From Minisyncoccia bacterium (GTDB lineage: Bacteria; Patescibacteriota; Minisyncoccia; Phycocordibacterales; PALSA-1337), in the NCBI GenBank assembly GCA_049997795.1, contig JBEKVT010000001.1, forward strand, positions 4,085 to 68,084: 64,000 nucleotides of DNA, given 5' to 3'. The translations under genes were made by a program, and so were the position numbers. Below are positions 42,941 through 52,014 of this stretch, in pieces. The number at the start of each line of letters is the position of its first letter. The stretch's first letter is position 1. A model generated the notes under the pieces. That model did not search any database and had not been told where the DNA came from. It saw only the letters and a list, made by a program, of their open reading frames with translations.

Positions 42941-43447
42941 TCTTTTCTTGGTGTTGAGAGGCCTTTTGTTGATCTCGCTCTCCGCCTGGCGGGCCAATCC
43001 GAGCAGGACATCGAGCTCTTTCATCGACATGGCGTGCGGCTTGGTGTCCTTGGCGCACAGGACGCCGATCGGCTGGCCGGTCTGGTTGTCGGACAGGACG
43101 ACCCCGGCATAGAAACGGATATACGGCGGGCCGACGACCATCGGATTATCGGCGAAGCGCTGGTCTTTCGAGGTGTCTTCGACTACGAAGACGTTCTTGG
43201 CCAGGAGAGCGTGGGCGCAGAACGAGATGCTCCTGTCGGCTTCGGTCCCGGAGAGGCCCTGGCAGGATTTATACCATTCCCGATTCTTGTCGATGATGGA
43301 GATGGTCGAGATCGGCACACGGAGCTTCTCCGTCACTTCTTTAGTGATCCTGTCGAAGCGCTCTTCCCTCGGCGTGTCGAGGATGCCGAGCCGCGCCAGG
43401 GCTTCGAGCCTTTTGTCTTCATCCGGAGGAATAGGAGCCTGTTGCAT
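42938..43447 (-). CDS. Stand-alone GAF-domain protein
   Basis: 169 aa with ...ISIIDKNREWYKS...FCAHALLAKNVFVVEDTSKDQRFADNP...FYAGVVL.... It overlaps the ZIP start codon. Confidence 0.75.
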   Translation of the reverse strand: MQQAPIPPDEDKRLEALARLGILDTPREERFDRITKEVTEKLRVPISTISIIDKNREWYKSCQGLSGTEADRSISFCAHALLAKNVFVVEDTSKDQRFADNPMVVGPPYIRFYAGVVLSDNQTGQPIGVLCAKDTKPHAMSMKELDVLLGLARQAESEINKRPLNTKKR

Positions 43448-43495
43448 GTTATCTATGGATCAGATTCGAGAGCCTTCGTGCATCGGATTATATCA

Positions 43496-45211
43496 TCAAA
43501 ACTCTATTTTCTGGAGCGACTTGTGCGGAATATATAGGAAGAAGGCTATTATAGCCACGGAAACAGCGACGAATAGCCACAAGAGGGATGTTCCTTGTCC
43601 GAGAAAGAGGCGGTATATCGAGATAGTGCCGAGCGCTCCGTAAGCGAGCGACGAGAAGACGAAGGCGAGGCCCGGAAGCGAGGTGGTGATGACTTCCGGA
43701 TCGTCGGTCTCGAAGTTCGGGAAGAGCGCCCCGAGACCGAGGGCGAAGACGGTCAGAGTGCTTATCGCCAGGATGAGGAGCAAGACGAGGAATAGGCTGA
43801 GAGGTAGGATGCTGCCGATGATGGCCACATTCAACCCGGCGAAGACGATCCCAAGGGCCACGCCGAACGGCACGAAGAAAAGGAGCTTGGTGAGAAAGAC
43901 CTTGCCGAGATCGACCGGCGCGCTCCCGACGAGCCATGCAGTCTTCTTTTCGATGCTCAAGGAAGGAAAGACGAAACGGAGGATGAACATATCGACGAAG
44001 TATATGGCGATGGCGAACTGGAGAGCGCCTATTGCGATCGGGATCACGTTCGGGTCTATCCCGCCGCGGCCTACTTGATGGCGCAAGACCACGTTAAGGG
44101 AGCTCTGGACGAGCCATATGGCTAAGAGGAAGCATGACCAGGCCAAGCCGCGGCCGTTCCTAAAGAAGGCGATCGCTTCTTTGGCGAAGATGGCGCCGGT
44201 CGGGCTCCTGGCTTTCAACATGAGGCCGGTACCGGGCGACTTGCGCCTAGACTGCTTGCTGTCCGCTTGAAAATTCCCCTCCTGGAGGATCTGCCAGAAC
44301 CGAAGATGCCTCTTGCTGAATATATACATGAGGATGAAGCCGGCGACCGAAAGAACCAAGAGATAAAAGGTCGAGGCGAGCGCCCCGGCGGTATCGCCCT
44401 TGCCGGCGTCAAAGAGCTCCATGGCGGCCGGGTGAGAAGGAAAGACCGAGAATCTGTCGGCGACTGACGTTATGCTTGCCGAGGCGCTGTCGAGGCTGGT
44501 CGCCTCGAAAAAGCTCCCGAAATCTATGCCCCGGAGCCGCACAAAGCCGAATGCGAGCGCGACGAGGAAGACAGCGGCTATGGAAAGGAGGAGATTCTTC
44601 ATCGAAAGCAGGGGGCACCCTCCTGCTTTCCGCATGGCATCGAGGAGCCACGATATGCCGAGGACGAGCGCCATAGCGAAGATAACCGCCATGGCTAGGA
44701 ACAGAGCCAGGGAAACAAGCGATAGGAGAAAGGCACCAGCCGCGAGACCCGTCGTATTTCTCACGGCGAGAAGGGCAGGAAAGGCCAAGACTATGAAAGG
44801 CCACAAAGAGGCCAGGAAGGACTTGACGAAGACGAGAGATGGCACGGTCCCGAATCTGGGCGAAGCCATGAGGATATCCTGGTCGCTCTTATTGAAAAGG
44901 GCGAAGACGCTCACGATGAGGGCGCTCGTGAAGGCCAGCATGAAGACGATCAGGAGGAAGAGCTCGTAGATGTAGAGAGTGACGGCATCCCTGAAGAATG
45001 GATAGCCGGCGATGAAGCTGAACCCGGCCTTGAAGAAGAAGTATATGCCAGTAGCGAGACCAACGACGAGGAGCAGGAAGAAGAAGGCCGTTATGAGCTT
45101 GGCGGTCCTGTTGCGTTCGAAGTATCTTTCGGCGCGGCGAAGGGACAGACAGAAGAAGGCGGTGATCATGCTAGACATTGATCGCGGCGTAAAGCTCCTC
45201 GAGCGGGGCAT
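43496..45211 (-). CDS. Large polytopic membrane protein, probable ABC exporter permease partner of the upstream ATPase
   Basis: 571 aa with more than 12 hydrophobic segments. It overlaps the 3' end of the ABC ATPase gene. Confidence 0.5.
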   Translation of the reverse strand: MPRSRSFTPRSMSSMITAFFCLSLRRAERYFERNRTAKLITAFFFLLLVVGLATGIYFFFKAGFSFIAGYPFFRDAVTLYIYELFLLIVFMLAFTSALIVSVFALFNKSDQDILMASPRFGTVPSLVFVKSFLASLWPFIVLAFPALLAVRNTTGLAAGAFLLSLVSLALFLAMAVIFAMALVLGISWLLDAMRKAGGCPLLSMKNLLLSIAAVFLVALAFGFVRLRGIDFGSFFEATSLDSASASITSVADRFSVFPSHPAAMELFDAGKGDTAGALASTFYLLVLSVAGFILMYIFSKRHLRFWQILQEGNFQADSKQSRRKSPGTGLMLKARSPTGAIFAKEAIAFFRNGRGLAWSCFLLAIWLVQSSLNVVLRHQVGRGGIDPNVIPIAIGALQFAIAIYFVDMFILRFVFPSLSIEKKTAWLVGSAPVDLGKVFLTKLLFFVPFGVALGIVFAGLNVAIIGSILPLSLFLVLLLILAISTLTVFALGLGALFPNFETDDPEVITTSLPGLAFVFSSLAYGALGTISIYRLFLGQGTSLLWLFVAVSVAIIAFFLYIPHKSLQKIEF

Positions 45212-45893
45212 CGGCGCCCCTGCGCGTCTTGTCTCGGAGCTCGGCTATGGTGCCAGCGAAGACGAGCTCGCCTTTTTTCAAGACGCCGATCCGGCTGGAG
45301 ATCTCCTCCGCGAGGCTGAGGGTGTGGGTCACGAGGAATATCGTTCCGCCGCCGCGGACGAAATCTCTGAAGATCTTCTTGGTCGTCGTGGCGCTCTCCG
45401 GATCGAGGCCGACCATTGGCTCATCCACGAGAAGAAGCCGGGGCTCGTGCAAAAGGGCGGCCAGGATGACGAATTTCTGCTTGTTGCCGCGCGAATAGTC
45501 CTCGAAGTATTCCCTCTCGACGCCGTCGAACTTGAACAAAGGGAGAAGCTCGGCGATCCTCCTCTTGCGGGCGTCTTCCGGCATGCCGTAGAGGGCGCCG
45601 ACGAAATGAAGGAACTCCAGGCCGGTCATGCCGGTCCAGGCCGTCGGCTCATCGGGGACGTATCCGATCATCTTCTTGGCGGCGATCGGGTCGGCGACCG
45701 GGTCCGTTCCCCCGACGGATATGGCCCCAGCGTCGAGGCGCAATAATCCGGCGACGAGCTTAACGATGGTCGTCTTGCCGGAGCCGTTCGGGCCGATCAG
45801 TGAGAAGATCTCGCCGGCTCCGATACTGAATGAGACGCCTTTGACGGCGGTCTTGGCTCCGAAACTCTTCTTTATCTGTTTCACCTCGAGCAT
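45171..45893 (-). CDS. ABC transporter ATP-binding protein
   Basis: Walker A GPNGSGKTT, signature ...YSRGNKQKFVILAALL and Walker B LLLVDEPMVGLD. Confidence 0.9.
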   Translation of the reverse strand: MLEVKQIKKSFGAKTAVKGVSFSIGAGEIFSLIGPNGSGKTTIVKLVAGLLRLDAGAISVGGTDPVADPIAAKKMIGYVPDEPTAWTGMTGLEFLHFVGALYGMPEDARKRRIAELLPLFKFDGVEREYFEDYSRGNKQKFVILAALLHEPRLLLVDEPMVGLDPESATTTKKIFRDFVRGGGTIFLVTHTLSLAEEISSRIGVLKKGELVFAGTIAELRDKTRRGADAPLEELYAAINV

Positions 45894-45995
45894 GGCGTCA
45901 TTATACTACATCCGAATGCCCGTCATTATTGACATCTCAGCAGAATCTGGTTAATATTTGTGCAGGAAACTGAACAAAGTTGAAAAAGGCATAAA

Positions 45996-46370
45996 ATGAC
46001 CAAACAATGGTTGAAACGGGCTTCTCATCGTGCGAGTCTTCTTGAACACTTTAGGGACGGGCTCGAAGGGTTCGAGCATATGAACGGGAATCCTGCGATG
46101 TTGGACCTCTTGAGGGTGCTCATAGATGACCTGCGGGGCGCCGAGGTCATCCTGGTTCCGGGGAATCCGGTCGACGATTTTTTCAAGCATACCCTGTTGG
46201 AGACCATCGGCTCTTTCACCAAGTCCGTGAAAGAGCGGCGCGTGCTCCTCGCCGGGATCCTGGTGATGGCAGCAAGGTCGATCAGCCGGAGTTTCGACAG
46301 AGAACTGGAGCTGATCGAGCTCGGCCAGGAGAAAGAACCTGCCGAACCCTCTCCGGCGCCAGCCGGTTGA
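45996..46370 (+). CDS. Hypothetical protein (124 aa)
   Basis: ORF with plausible codon usage. No motif recognised. Confidence 0.35.
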   Translation: MTKQWLKRASHRASLLEHFRDGLEGFEHMNGNPAMLDLLRVLIDDLRGAEVILVPGNPVDDFFKHTLLETIGSFTKSVKERRVLLAGILVMAARSISRSFDRELELIELGQEKEPAEPSPAPAG

Positions 46371-46486
46371 CATATGCGATCGATCTCTTTCGGCCGCGGG
46401 GCATCCCGCGGCTTTTTATTCCATGATGAGACCTCATATCTGAATGTTAGGAGACTTTTGAGCCGATCCGGCTTAAAATAATAGCG

Positions 46487-46984
46487 ATGAACAGATACTT
46501 GCGCCTTGCCTCGGTCGCCGCCGTCTGCGCTTATTTCTGGTACTACGCCAAGACCTACACGGAATGGCATTTCATCGACAACGCGAATCTAGTCTTCCAT
46601 GAGGCCGGGCATGCTATTTTCTTCTTCCTCGGCATGTTCGTGAAGATTGCGGCCGGCAGCGGCTTCCAGGTCGCCCTTCCCCTCTTCATATCGCTCTATT
46701 TCTTCGTGAGGGGCCAGAAGATATCCGGGGCGCTCTGCCTCTTGTGGGTCGGCCAGAACTTGTTGAATGTCTCCGTCTATGCCGGAGACGCCGTGAATAT
46801 GCAGCTCAACCTCCTCGGCGGTGACGCCGTCATCCATGACTGGAATTATCTCTTGAGCGCACTCGGAGTCCTGCGCTACACATCCGAGATCGCTTCAACG
46901 ATCTACATGACGGGGCTCGCGACAATATTCCTCGGGACTGTCTTGTCTTTGTATTATTCGTGGGTGGAAGAATCTCGATCATAA
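46487..46984 (+). CDS. Small polytopic membrane protein with an HExxH motif (putative intramembrane Zn-metalloprotease, S2P/M50-like minimal form)
   Basis: 165 aa. HEAGHA lies inside a predicted TM helix (LVFHEAGHAIFFFLGMF). A later ...NLLGGDAV... recalls the M50 LDG motif. It is convergent with the peptide gene. Confidence 0.45.
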   Translation: MNRYLRLASVAAVCAYFWYYAKTYTEWHFIDNANLVFHEAGHAIFFFLGMFVKIAAGSGFQVALPLFISLYFFVRGQKISGALCLLWVGQNLLNVSVYAGDAVNMQLNLLGGDAVIHDWNYLLSALGVLRYTSEIASTIYMTGLATIFLGTVLSLYYSWVEESRS

Positions 46985-46992
46985 AATAAAAA

Positions 46993-47016
46993 GGCCATCT
47001 GCTCTCGCAGACGGCC
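46993..47016. terminator. Bidirectional intrinsic terminator hairpin between convergent genes
   Basis: GGCCATCTGC-TCTCG-GCAGACGGCC (10-bp stem, 1 mismatch). On the minus strand it is followed by TTTTTATTTTAT (plus-strand 46981-46992). Confidence 0.55.
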
Positions 47017-47031
47017 CTAGAATGTGGCCGG

Positions 47032-47166
47032 TCAGCTGACTTTCGGATCAAGCTTCACGGCGGCGCATTTCGTGCAGGTGTTCTGCCTGCACTGACACAT
47101 GCTGTGAGACAGGCCCGTGAATCTCGTCAGCTTGCGGACCTTCGATCTGACGCTGAGTTTCTTCAT
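47032..47166 (-). CDS. 44-aa Cys-containing peptide, candidate RiPP precursor
   Basis: MKKLSVRSKVRKLTRFTGLSHSMCQCRQNTCTKCAAVKLDPKVS. A perfect SD (AGGAGG) sits 9 nt upstream of the ATG. The ATG is 4 nt after the rSAM stop. A terminator follows within about 15 nt. The track shows only an over-extended 86-aa frame. Confidence 0.55.
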   Translation of the reverse strand: MKKLSVRSKVRKLTRFTGLSHSMCQCRQNTCTKCAAVKLDPKVS

Positions 47167-47170
47167 GGTG

Positions 47171-48508
47171 TTATACCTCCTGTTTTGCTCCGAAACTGGT
47201 GAGCGTATGATATATGAAGGAACGGATATATTGGCAGAAATTCGGGTTAGGCCGTCCAAAATCATTGCGATTATAACGGCAACCCCCGCCACATGTTCCC
47301 ATGAAAGGACAGGATCTGCAAGACGCGATCTCCAGAGTCGTCTCCCTAGAGAAGCTCGACCATAGAGGATTGTCCTGGATATTCATCTCGCTATCAATCG
47401 GGATCCAGAAGTCCGTGTTGTGCAGGAAGGCTTGGCATGGGCCGATAAGGCCGTCGGCGCTCACGACCATCTGGCCGCGATATCCGGCGTCGCATTCCGC
47501 TATGACAAACCTGCTTTCCGCGATCCCTCTCAGATATCTCAGCCCCCTCGGTTCAAGAATCCCCCGGGCGAGGAGCCTCCGGTATTGAGCCGACATCTTG
47601 CGACCGAGATCGTCCCAAAACGACAGCTCTTCCTCAATGGATTCGCCGGCCTGTCTTATGCTGAGGTTGAACCCTATGCCCCGGATGTCTTCCCTGACGA
47701 AGAAATCCGTGATTTGTTCCAGGTGCGGCGCGCTCTCGCGAGTGACCGTGCAAAGAGCGGCATATTCCACTCCTGCCCTGCGGCATTCGTTTATAAGGCC
47801 AAACGACTGCTTAAAGACGTCAATGTTGGGCTTCCTCGGAACACGAGCGGCGTTGGTTATCTCAGAAGGGCCGTCGATAGAGACTCCGATGGTGATGCCG
47901 TTTTCTTTGCAGAACTCGATCAATCCGGCCGGGCGCAGAGTCCCATTCGTGGTTATCTGTATGCTGATCTTTCTTTTTCCATATCTGTCGCGTATGTATC
48001 GGACGCACCGCGTTATCTTATCCCATTCGATGAGCGGCTCGCCGCCATAGAAGAAGATTGATTTTTCTCCTCCATCCAGGGCCATGAAATAATCGACGGC
48101 TTCTAGCATCTTGGACAGGTCCAAAGACCGTCGCTTCGAGAATCTCAGGAGATTCTCGAAGCAATATCCGCAACAGAGATTGCAGAGATCGGTCATCACC
48201 AAGATGAGCGTCGAGACCTTGGCTTTTTTGAGATGCCGCTGTACCTTTGCAGAGACTTCGTCAAAAAGACGCTCGTCGTCTCCGGTTTCAACCATCAAAC
48301 GACTATCTTGGAGATTCCGTATTTCCTTCGTTGTGGGCTGATTTACTAGTATCCGATTCGTCGTTTCTTCGTCACACACAATTACTGTAGAAGTCAGAGA
48401 ATGCAATAGGATGCTCCAATCGGAATAACGCAACATAAACGCAAACTCCGACCAGCTGTTACCCAAGCATTCACGAAGCGAAATGATTTCCTTACCTAAA
48501 GTGATCAT
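47171..48508 (-). CDS. Radical SAM / SPASM-domain enzyme (peptide-modifying maturase-like)
   Basis: 445 aa. CNLCCGYC is a CxxxCxxC motif; then GGEPL. The C-terminal SPASM reads ...CRSCPFMGTCGGGCRYN...NFCQ. An N-terminal extension of about 100 aa could be an RRE. Confidence 0.85.
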   Translation of the reverse strand: MITLGKEIISLRECLGNSWSEFAFMLRYSDWSILLHSLTSTVIVCDEETTNRILVNQPTTKEIRNLQDSRLMVETGDDERLFDEVSAKVQRHLKKAKVSTLILVMTDLCNLCCGYCFENLLRFSKRRSLDLSKMLEAVDYFMALDGGEKSIFFYGGEPLIEWDKITRCVRYIRDRYGKRKISIQITTNGTLRPAGLIEFCKENGITIGVSIDGPSEITNAARVPRKPNIDVFKQSFGLINECRRAGVEYAALCTVTRESAPHLEQITDFFVREDIRGIGFNLSIRQAGESIEEELSFWDDLGRKMSAQYRRLLARGILEPRGLRYLRGIAESRFVIAECDAGYRGQMVVSADGLIGPCQAFLHNTDFWIPIDSEMNIQDNPLWSSFSRETTLEIASCRSCPFMGTCGGGCRYNRNDFGRPNPNFCQYIRSFIYHTLTSFGAKQEV

Positions 48509-48648
48509 TATTGTCCCCTCTTTTTGTTTTTTAAAAGAACCTGACGTTCAGTTTTTACCTTACTACTTCGTTCTGGTTTGTCAATCAAAACCGCCACGCG
48601 GATCCGGTGGCTGCGAGCGGTACGGCACAAGATCAAAGTTTATTTCGC

Positions 48649-49854
48649 CTATCCAGAACCGCCCGTCGAAGTCGCCACTTGATACAAGCCGCGCACTCCC
48701 CACCAGGCGGTGAAATAGAGCTTGTCCGCTTCGGGAGAATACAATATCTCGTTAAGCTCGGGAGTCTGGTTTTTGATGTCGAGAAGGGCAGCGTTGTCCA
48801 ACAACTGATATCGCCGCAGGTCTCTCAGGTCTTGTCCGGGAAAGACGTCGATGGTACCGTCTTCCGCCGCGTTGTAAAGATCGGCGCCGTAGACGAAGAG
48901 CCCGAGAGAGGCCCCAGGCAGGGAGAATCGTTCGAACGACATATCGCCGGTCTTGACCCTTATCCCGTAAGGGACCGACTCACAACCGATGTAGACATAT
49001 CCGGACGACGTAGCGGTCTTCACGAAAGGCATGTCGTTGCTTATGTCGCACGGCTCGACCTTCATGGAGGAGATGGGGGCGAGCGTAATCGCATCGGCTT
49101 TCTCGAAGCCGTTCGACGTGCCGCCGCCGAAATAGAGCTCGGTCGAGCTCGCGTATACGCCGATCGCTGCGGAGTGGCCGTAAGGGATATGTCCCACGGA
49201 GTTAAGGGCGAGCCTGCCGTCGCTTATCCTGACGCGGAAGACGCTGGACGGGTAGGTGTTGGTGATCCCGTATATGTAGGCGCCGTCGGTCACGATGGCC
49301 GGTCTGCGGCCGGCATCGACGGAGCTCGTGCTTATGACGGTCGAGACCGCATAAGTATGCGGATCCAAGCTATAGATATCGAGCGAGCCGTTGCTCGAAA
49401 GATCGAGATACACCTTGTCGTTCAGCGGATCATAGACCATGGTCCCGATATCCCCCGCAACCGGGAGTCCGACCAGGATCGGACGGAAGATATCCGCGGC
49501 GTCGAAGACCACCACCTCATTCGTAGGGAAAGGATTGCTGCCGAATCCCAGCATGCCGATAAAGATCCTGCCGTCGGCGACGGCCGTTCCGTGGGCATAG
49601 GCGAGAATATTCGGGGATCTGGCCGAGACTCTGGCGGTGCCAAAAGCCGTTCTAGGCTGGATAGCGGAAAGGACAGTGCGATCGATATGATGGCTCAAGA
49701 TCGCCAGTGGAGCGGTTCTGTGCGGGGAAACGAACGGCTCTATCCAGGCCGGTCCGGCAGCGATGCGGGTCTCGCGCCAACAATACGCAAAAAAGACGAG
49801 GGACAAGAGAGCGAACAGGGCCGCAATGATGGTGGAGGGCTTCTTCATGTCCAA
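48649..49854 (-). CDS. Secreted beta-propeller repeat protein (YVTN/PQQ-like repeats)
   Basis: 401 aa with an N-terminal signal/TM. Repeated beta-strand blades contain recurring ...DG..Y.G.. motifs. Confidence 0.5.
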   Translation of the reverse strand: MDMKKPSTIIAALFALLSLVFFAYCWRETRIAAGPAWIEPFVSPHRTAPLAILSHHIDRTVLSAIQPRTAFGTARVSARSPNILAYAHGTAVADGRIFIGMLGFGSNPFPTNEVVVFDAADIFRPILVGLPVAGDIGTMVYDPLNDKVYLDLSSNGSLDIYSLDPHTYAVSTVISTSSVDAGRRPAIVTDGAYIYGITNTYPSSVFRVRISDGRLALNSVGHIPYGHSAAIGVYASSTELYFGGGTSNGFEKADAITLAPISSMKVEPCDISNDMPFVKTATSSGYVYIGCESVPYGIRVKTGDMSFERFSLPGASLGLFVYGADLYNAAEDGTIDVFPGQDLRDLRRYQLLDNAALLDIKNQTPELNEILYSPEADKLYFTAWWGVRGLYQVATSTGGSG

Positions 49855-49884
49855 GGCGCGGCCATATCCAAGCGATCAGCCTTT

Positions 49885-50643
49885 CTAAACCTCAATCCTC
49901 GAGAACAGCCACGCTCCGATGGCGAGGAACACAAGGGCAACGGCGGCAAGGACGCCGGCGTCGGTCCAGAGACTGAGACTGGACAAACCGGAGAGGGCAC
50001 CGCGCAAACCGTCGACGCCGTAGAAGAGCGGGTTCCCGTAGAGGACGGTCCGCAGGGCGGCCGGAGCTTGGTCGAGCGGAAAGAGCGCGCCGGAGAGGAA
50101 GAAGACTGGCATTACGACGAAGTTCATGATGAGCTGGAAGCCTTGCATGTCGTTCAGGGTGGAAGCGATGGCCGTGCCGAGAGCCGTGAAGACCAGAGCT
50201 ATGAGCAACATGAATGCGAGAGCCGGCAGAAGAAGCGTCAATTCCGGCCGGAAGCCGGCTATAAGCGCGATAAGGAAGACCACGACGCCCTGGAATGAGG
50301 CCACGGTCGCCCCGCCCAGGCTCCTGCCGAACATGATGGTGAAGCGGGAGACCGGCGCCACCATGGTCTCCTTGAGGAAGCCGAACTGCCTGTCCCAGAT
50401 GATCTCGATCCCCGAGAAGATGGCCGTGAAGAGGATGCTCATGGCGATGATGCCCGGCGCCAGAAATTGCAGGTAGTTTCCTTCGCCGGCCTTGGCGAAG
50501 ACGGGACCGAGGCCGTAGCCCAGAGCGACCAGGAAGAGGAGCGGCTGGCCCAGGGAACCTATGAGGCGCGAGCGCGAGCGGAAATAGCGCTTGATTTGCC
50601 TGAGCCAGAGGATGTATATGGTGTAAAAAAGATTCGGTTTCAT
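49885..50643 (-). CDS. ABC-2 type transporter permease
   Basis: 252 aa, 6 TM, with a typical ABC-2 layout. Confidence 0.8.
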   Translation of the reverse strand: MKPNLFYTIYILWLRQIKRYFRSRSRLIGSLGQPLLFLVALGYGLGPVFAKAGEGNYLQFLAPGIIAMSILFTAIFSGIEIIWDRQFGFLKETMVAPVSRFTIMFGRSLGGATVASFQGVVVFLIALIAGFRPELTLLLPALAFMLLIALVFTALGTAIASTLNDMQGFQLIMNFVVMPVFFLSGALFPLDQAPAALRTVLYGNPLFYGVDGLRGALSGLSSLSLWTDAGVLAAVALVFLAIGAWLFSRIEV

Positions 50644-50653
50644 GGCGGTTCAT

Positions 50654-51463
50654 TTAACGGCGTCCCCACGCTCTGGTTCTCTGGCGGAGATGCTCGACCG
50701 GCCCCGCATCCTCGTCGCGGATGGCATGCCCGGTCAGCTTGATGAAGGCGTCTTCCAGGGTCGGCGTTCCGGCCTTCTTCTTGATCTCTTCGACGGTGCC
50801 CATGGCCACGAGCTTGCCGTGATCGATGATGGCCACGCGGTCGGCCACGCGCTCGACTTCATCCATGTAATGCGTGGTGAAGAAGATCGTCAGGCCGCGT
50901 TCCTTGTTCAGCTTCTTCAAGTATTCCCAGATGTGATTCCTGGTCTGCGGATCCAGGCCGACCGTCGGTTCATCAAGGAAAAGGATGGCCGGCGTGTGGA
51001 GGAGGCCGCGGGCGATCTCAAGGCGCCGCTTCATGCCGCCGGAGAAGGTCTTGACCAGATGGTCCTTGCGGTCCCAGAGCTCGACGAAATGCAAGAGCTC
51101 CTTGATGCGGCCCGGCGTCTCGGAGCGCGGCACGCCGTAAAGGCCGGCGTGCAGGAACATGTTCTCGTAGGCCGTGAGCTCGTCGTCCAAGGACGGATCT
51201 TGGAAGACGATGCCGAAAGAATGCCTGACCAGGTCAGCGTCCTTCGTCGGATCGAAGCCGGCGACGGAAAGGGTGCCGCTCGTCGGGCGGATAAGAGTGG
51301 TCAGCACTTTGATGGTCGAGGTCTTACCGGCCCCGTTAGGCCCCAGGAAAGCGAAGACCGAGCCTGTGGGTACGTCGAAAGATATATCGGAAACGGCCGC
51401 GATAGGGCCGTATTTTTTCACCAAGTTCTTTACGGATATGGATGATCCTGCGGTCTCTTGCAT
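50654..51463 (-). CDS. ABC transporter ATP-binding protein (ABC-2 exporter ATPase)
   Basis: Walker A GPNGAGKTS, signature FSGGMKRRLEIARGLL and Walker B ILFLDEPTVGLD. The start is probably MQETAGSS; the track ORF begins a few codons earlier at 51484. Confidence 0.9.
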   Translation of the reverse strand: MQETAGSSISVKNLVKKYGPIAAVSDISFDVPTGSVFAFLGPNGAGKTSTIKVLTTLIRPTSGTLSVAGFDPTKDADLVRHSFGIVFQDPSLDDELTAYENMFLHAGLYGVPRSETPGRIKELLHFVELWDRKDHLVKTFSGGMKRRLEIARGLLHTPAILFLDEPTVGLDPQTRNHIWEYLKKLNKERGLTIFFTTHYMDEVERVADRVAIIDHGKLVAMGTVEEIKKKAGTPTLEDAFIKLTGHAIRDEDAGPVEHLRQRTRAWGRR

Positions 51464-51579
51464 GTCTACTTCTTGTTCCTCCAAGCGTGCTTCTTGGCGA
51501 GGCGCTTGGCGGTCTTCCTGGAACGCGACGTCTTCCTCCTGGTGTTTATCCTTTTGGCCATGTTATGGGATTGTGCGAT

Positions 51580-52014
51580 TCACTGTAGCAGCTCCCTGAC
51601 TTCCTGCACTATCTGGTCAAGCGAGGTCACGGCCTTCAATATGAACTTCTGTGCTCCCAGCCTGTATGCCTTCTCGATGTCTCCCTTGCCGCTCAAGTTC
51701 GACAAGATTACGATCGGAACGGCCTTCAGGCGATCGTCCTGGCGGATCTTCTCCAAGACCTCGAATCCGTCCATGCCCGGCAAGACCAAGTCGATGAGGA
51801 TGGCGTCAGGGACCAGGCCCTCTAGGATCTTTAGGGCTTCTTCGCCGTTCGTCGTGTGGACGAGGTTGAACTTCGAAGAGATGAATTTCTCGCTCAGGAT
51901 CGTGCTTATCAGGCTGTCGTCTTCGATCCAAAGCAGCTTCTTCTGCTCACCAGCCGGAACAGCCGGCGCTTTCGCGTCATCATTCCGGTCTGTCGGGTGG
52001 GCTTTCTGGCTCAT
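51580..52014 (-). CDS. Stand-alone receiver (CheY-like REC) domain response regulator
   Basis: ...KKLLWIEDDS...ILIDLVLPGMDG...; the phospho-acceptor Asp is in LIDLVLPG. There is no output domain. The likely start is MSQKAHP. Confidence 0.75.
   Translation of the reverse strand: MSQKAHPTDRNDDAKAPAVPAGEQKKLLWIEDDSLISTILSEKFISSKFNLVHTTNGEEALKILEGLVPDAILIDLVLPGMDGFEVLEKIRQDDRLKAVPIVILSNLSGKGDIEKAYRLGAQKFILKAVTSLDQIVQEVRELLQ

Noticed and set aside
47032-47292. 86-aa track ORF overlapping the rSAM 3' end
   Set aside because: Only the last 44 codons, from the SD-preceded ATG at 47166, are plausible. The upstream part is an alternative frame of the rSAM gene.
51478-51573. 31-aa highly basic ORF (MAKRINTRRKTSRSRKTAKRLAKKHAWRNKK) between the receiver gene and the ABC ATPase
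   Set aside because: It has no SD and resembles no ribosomal or known small-protein family I can name. It may be a real miniprotein, but the evidence is insufficient, so I did not call it.
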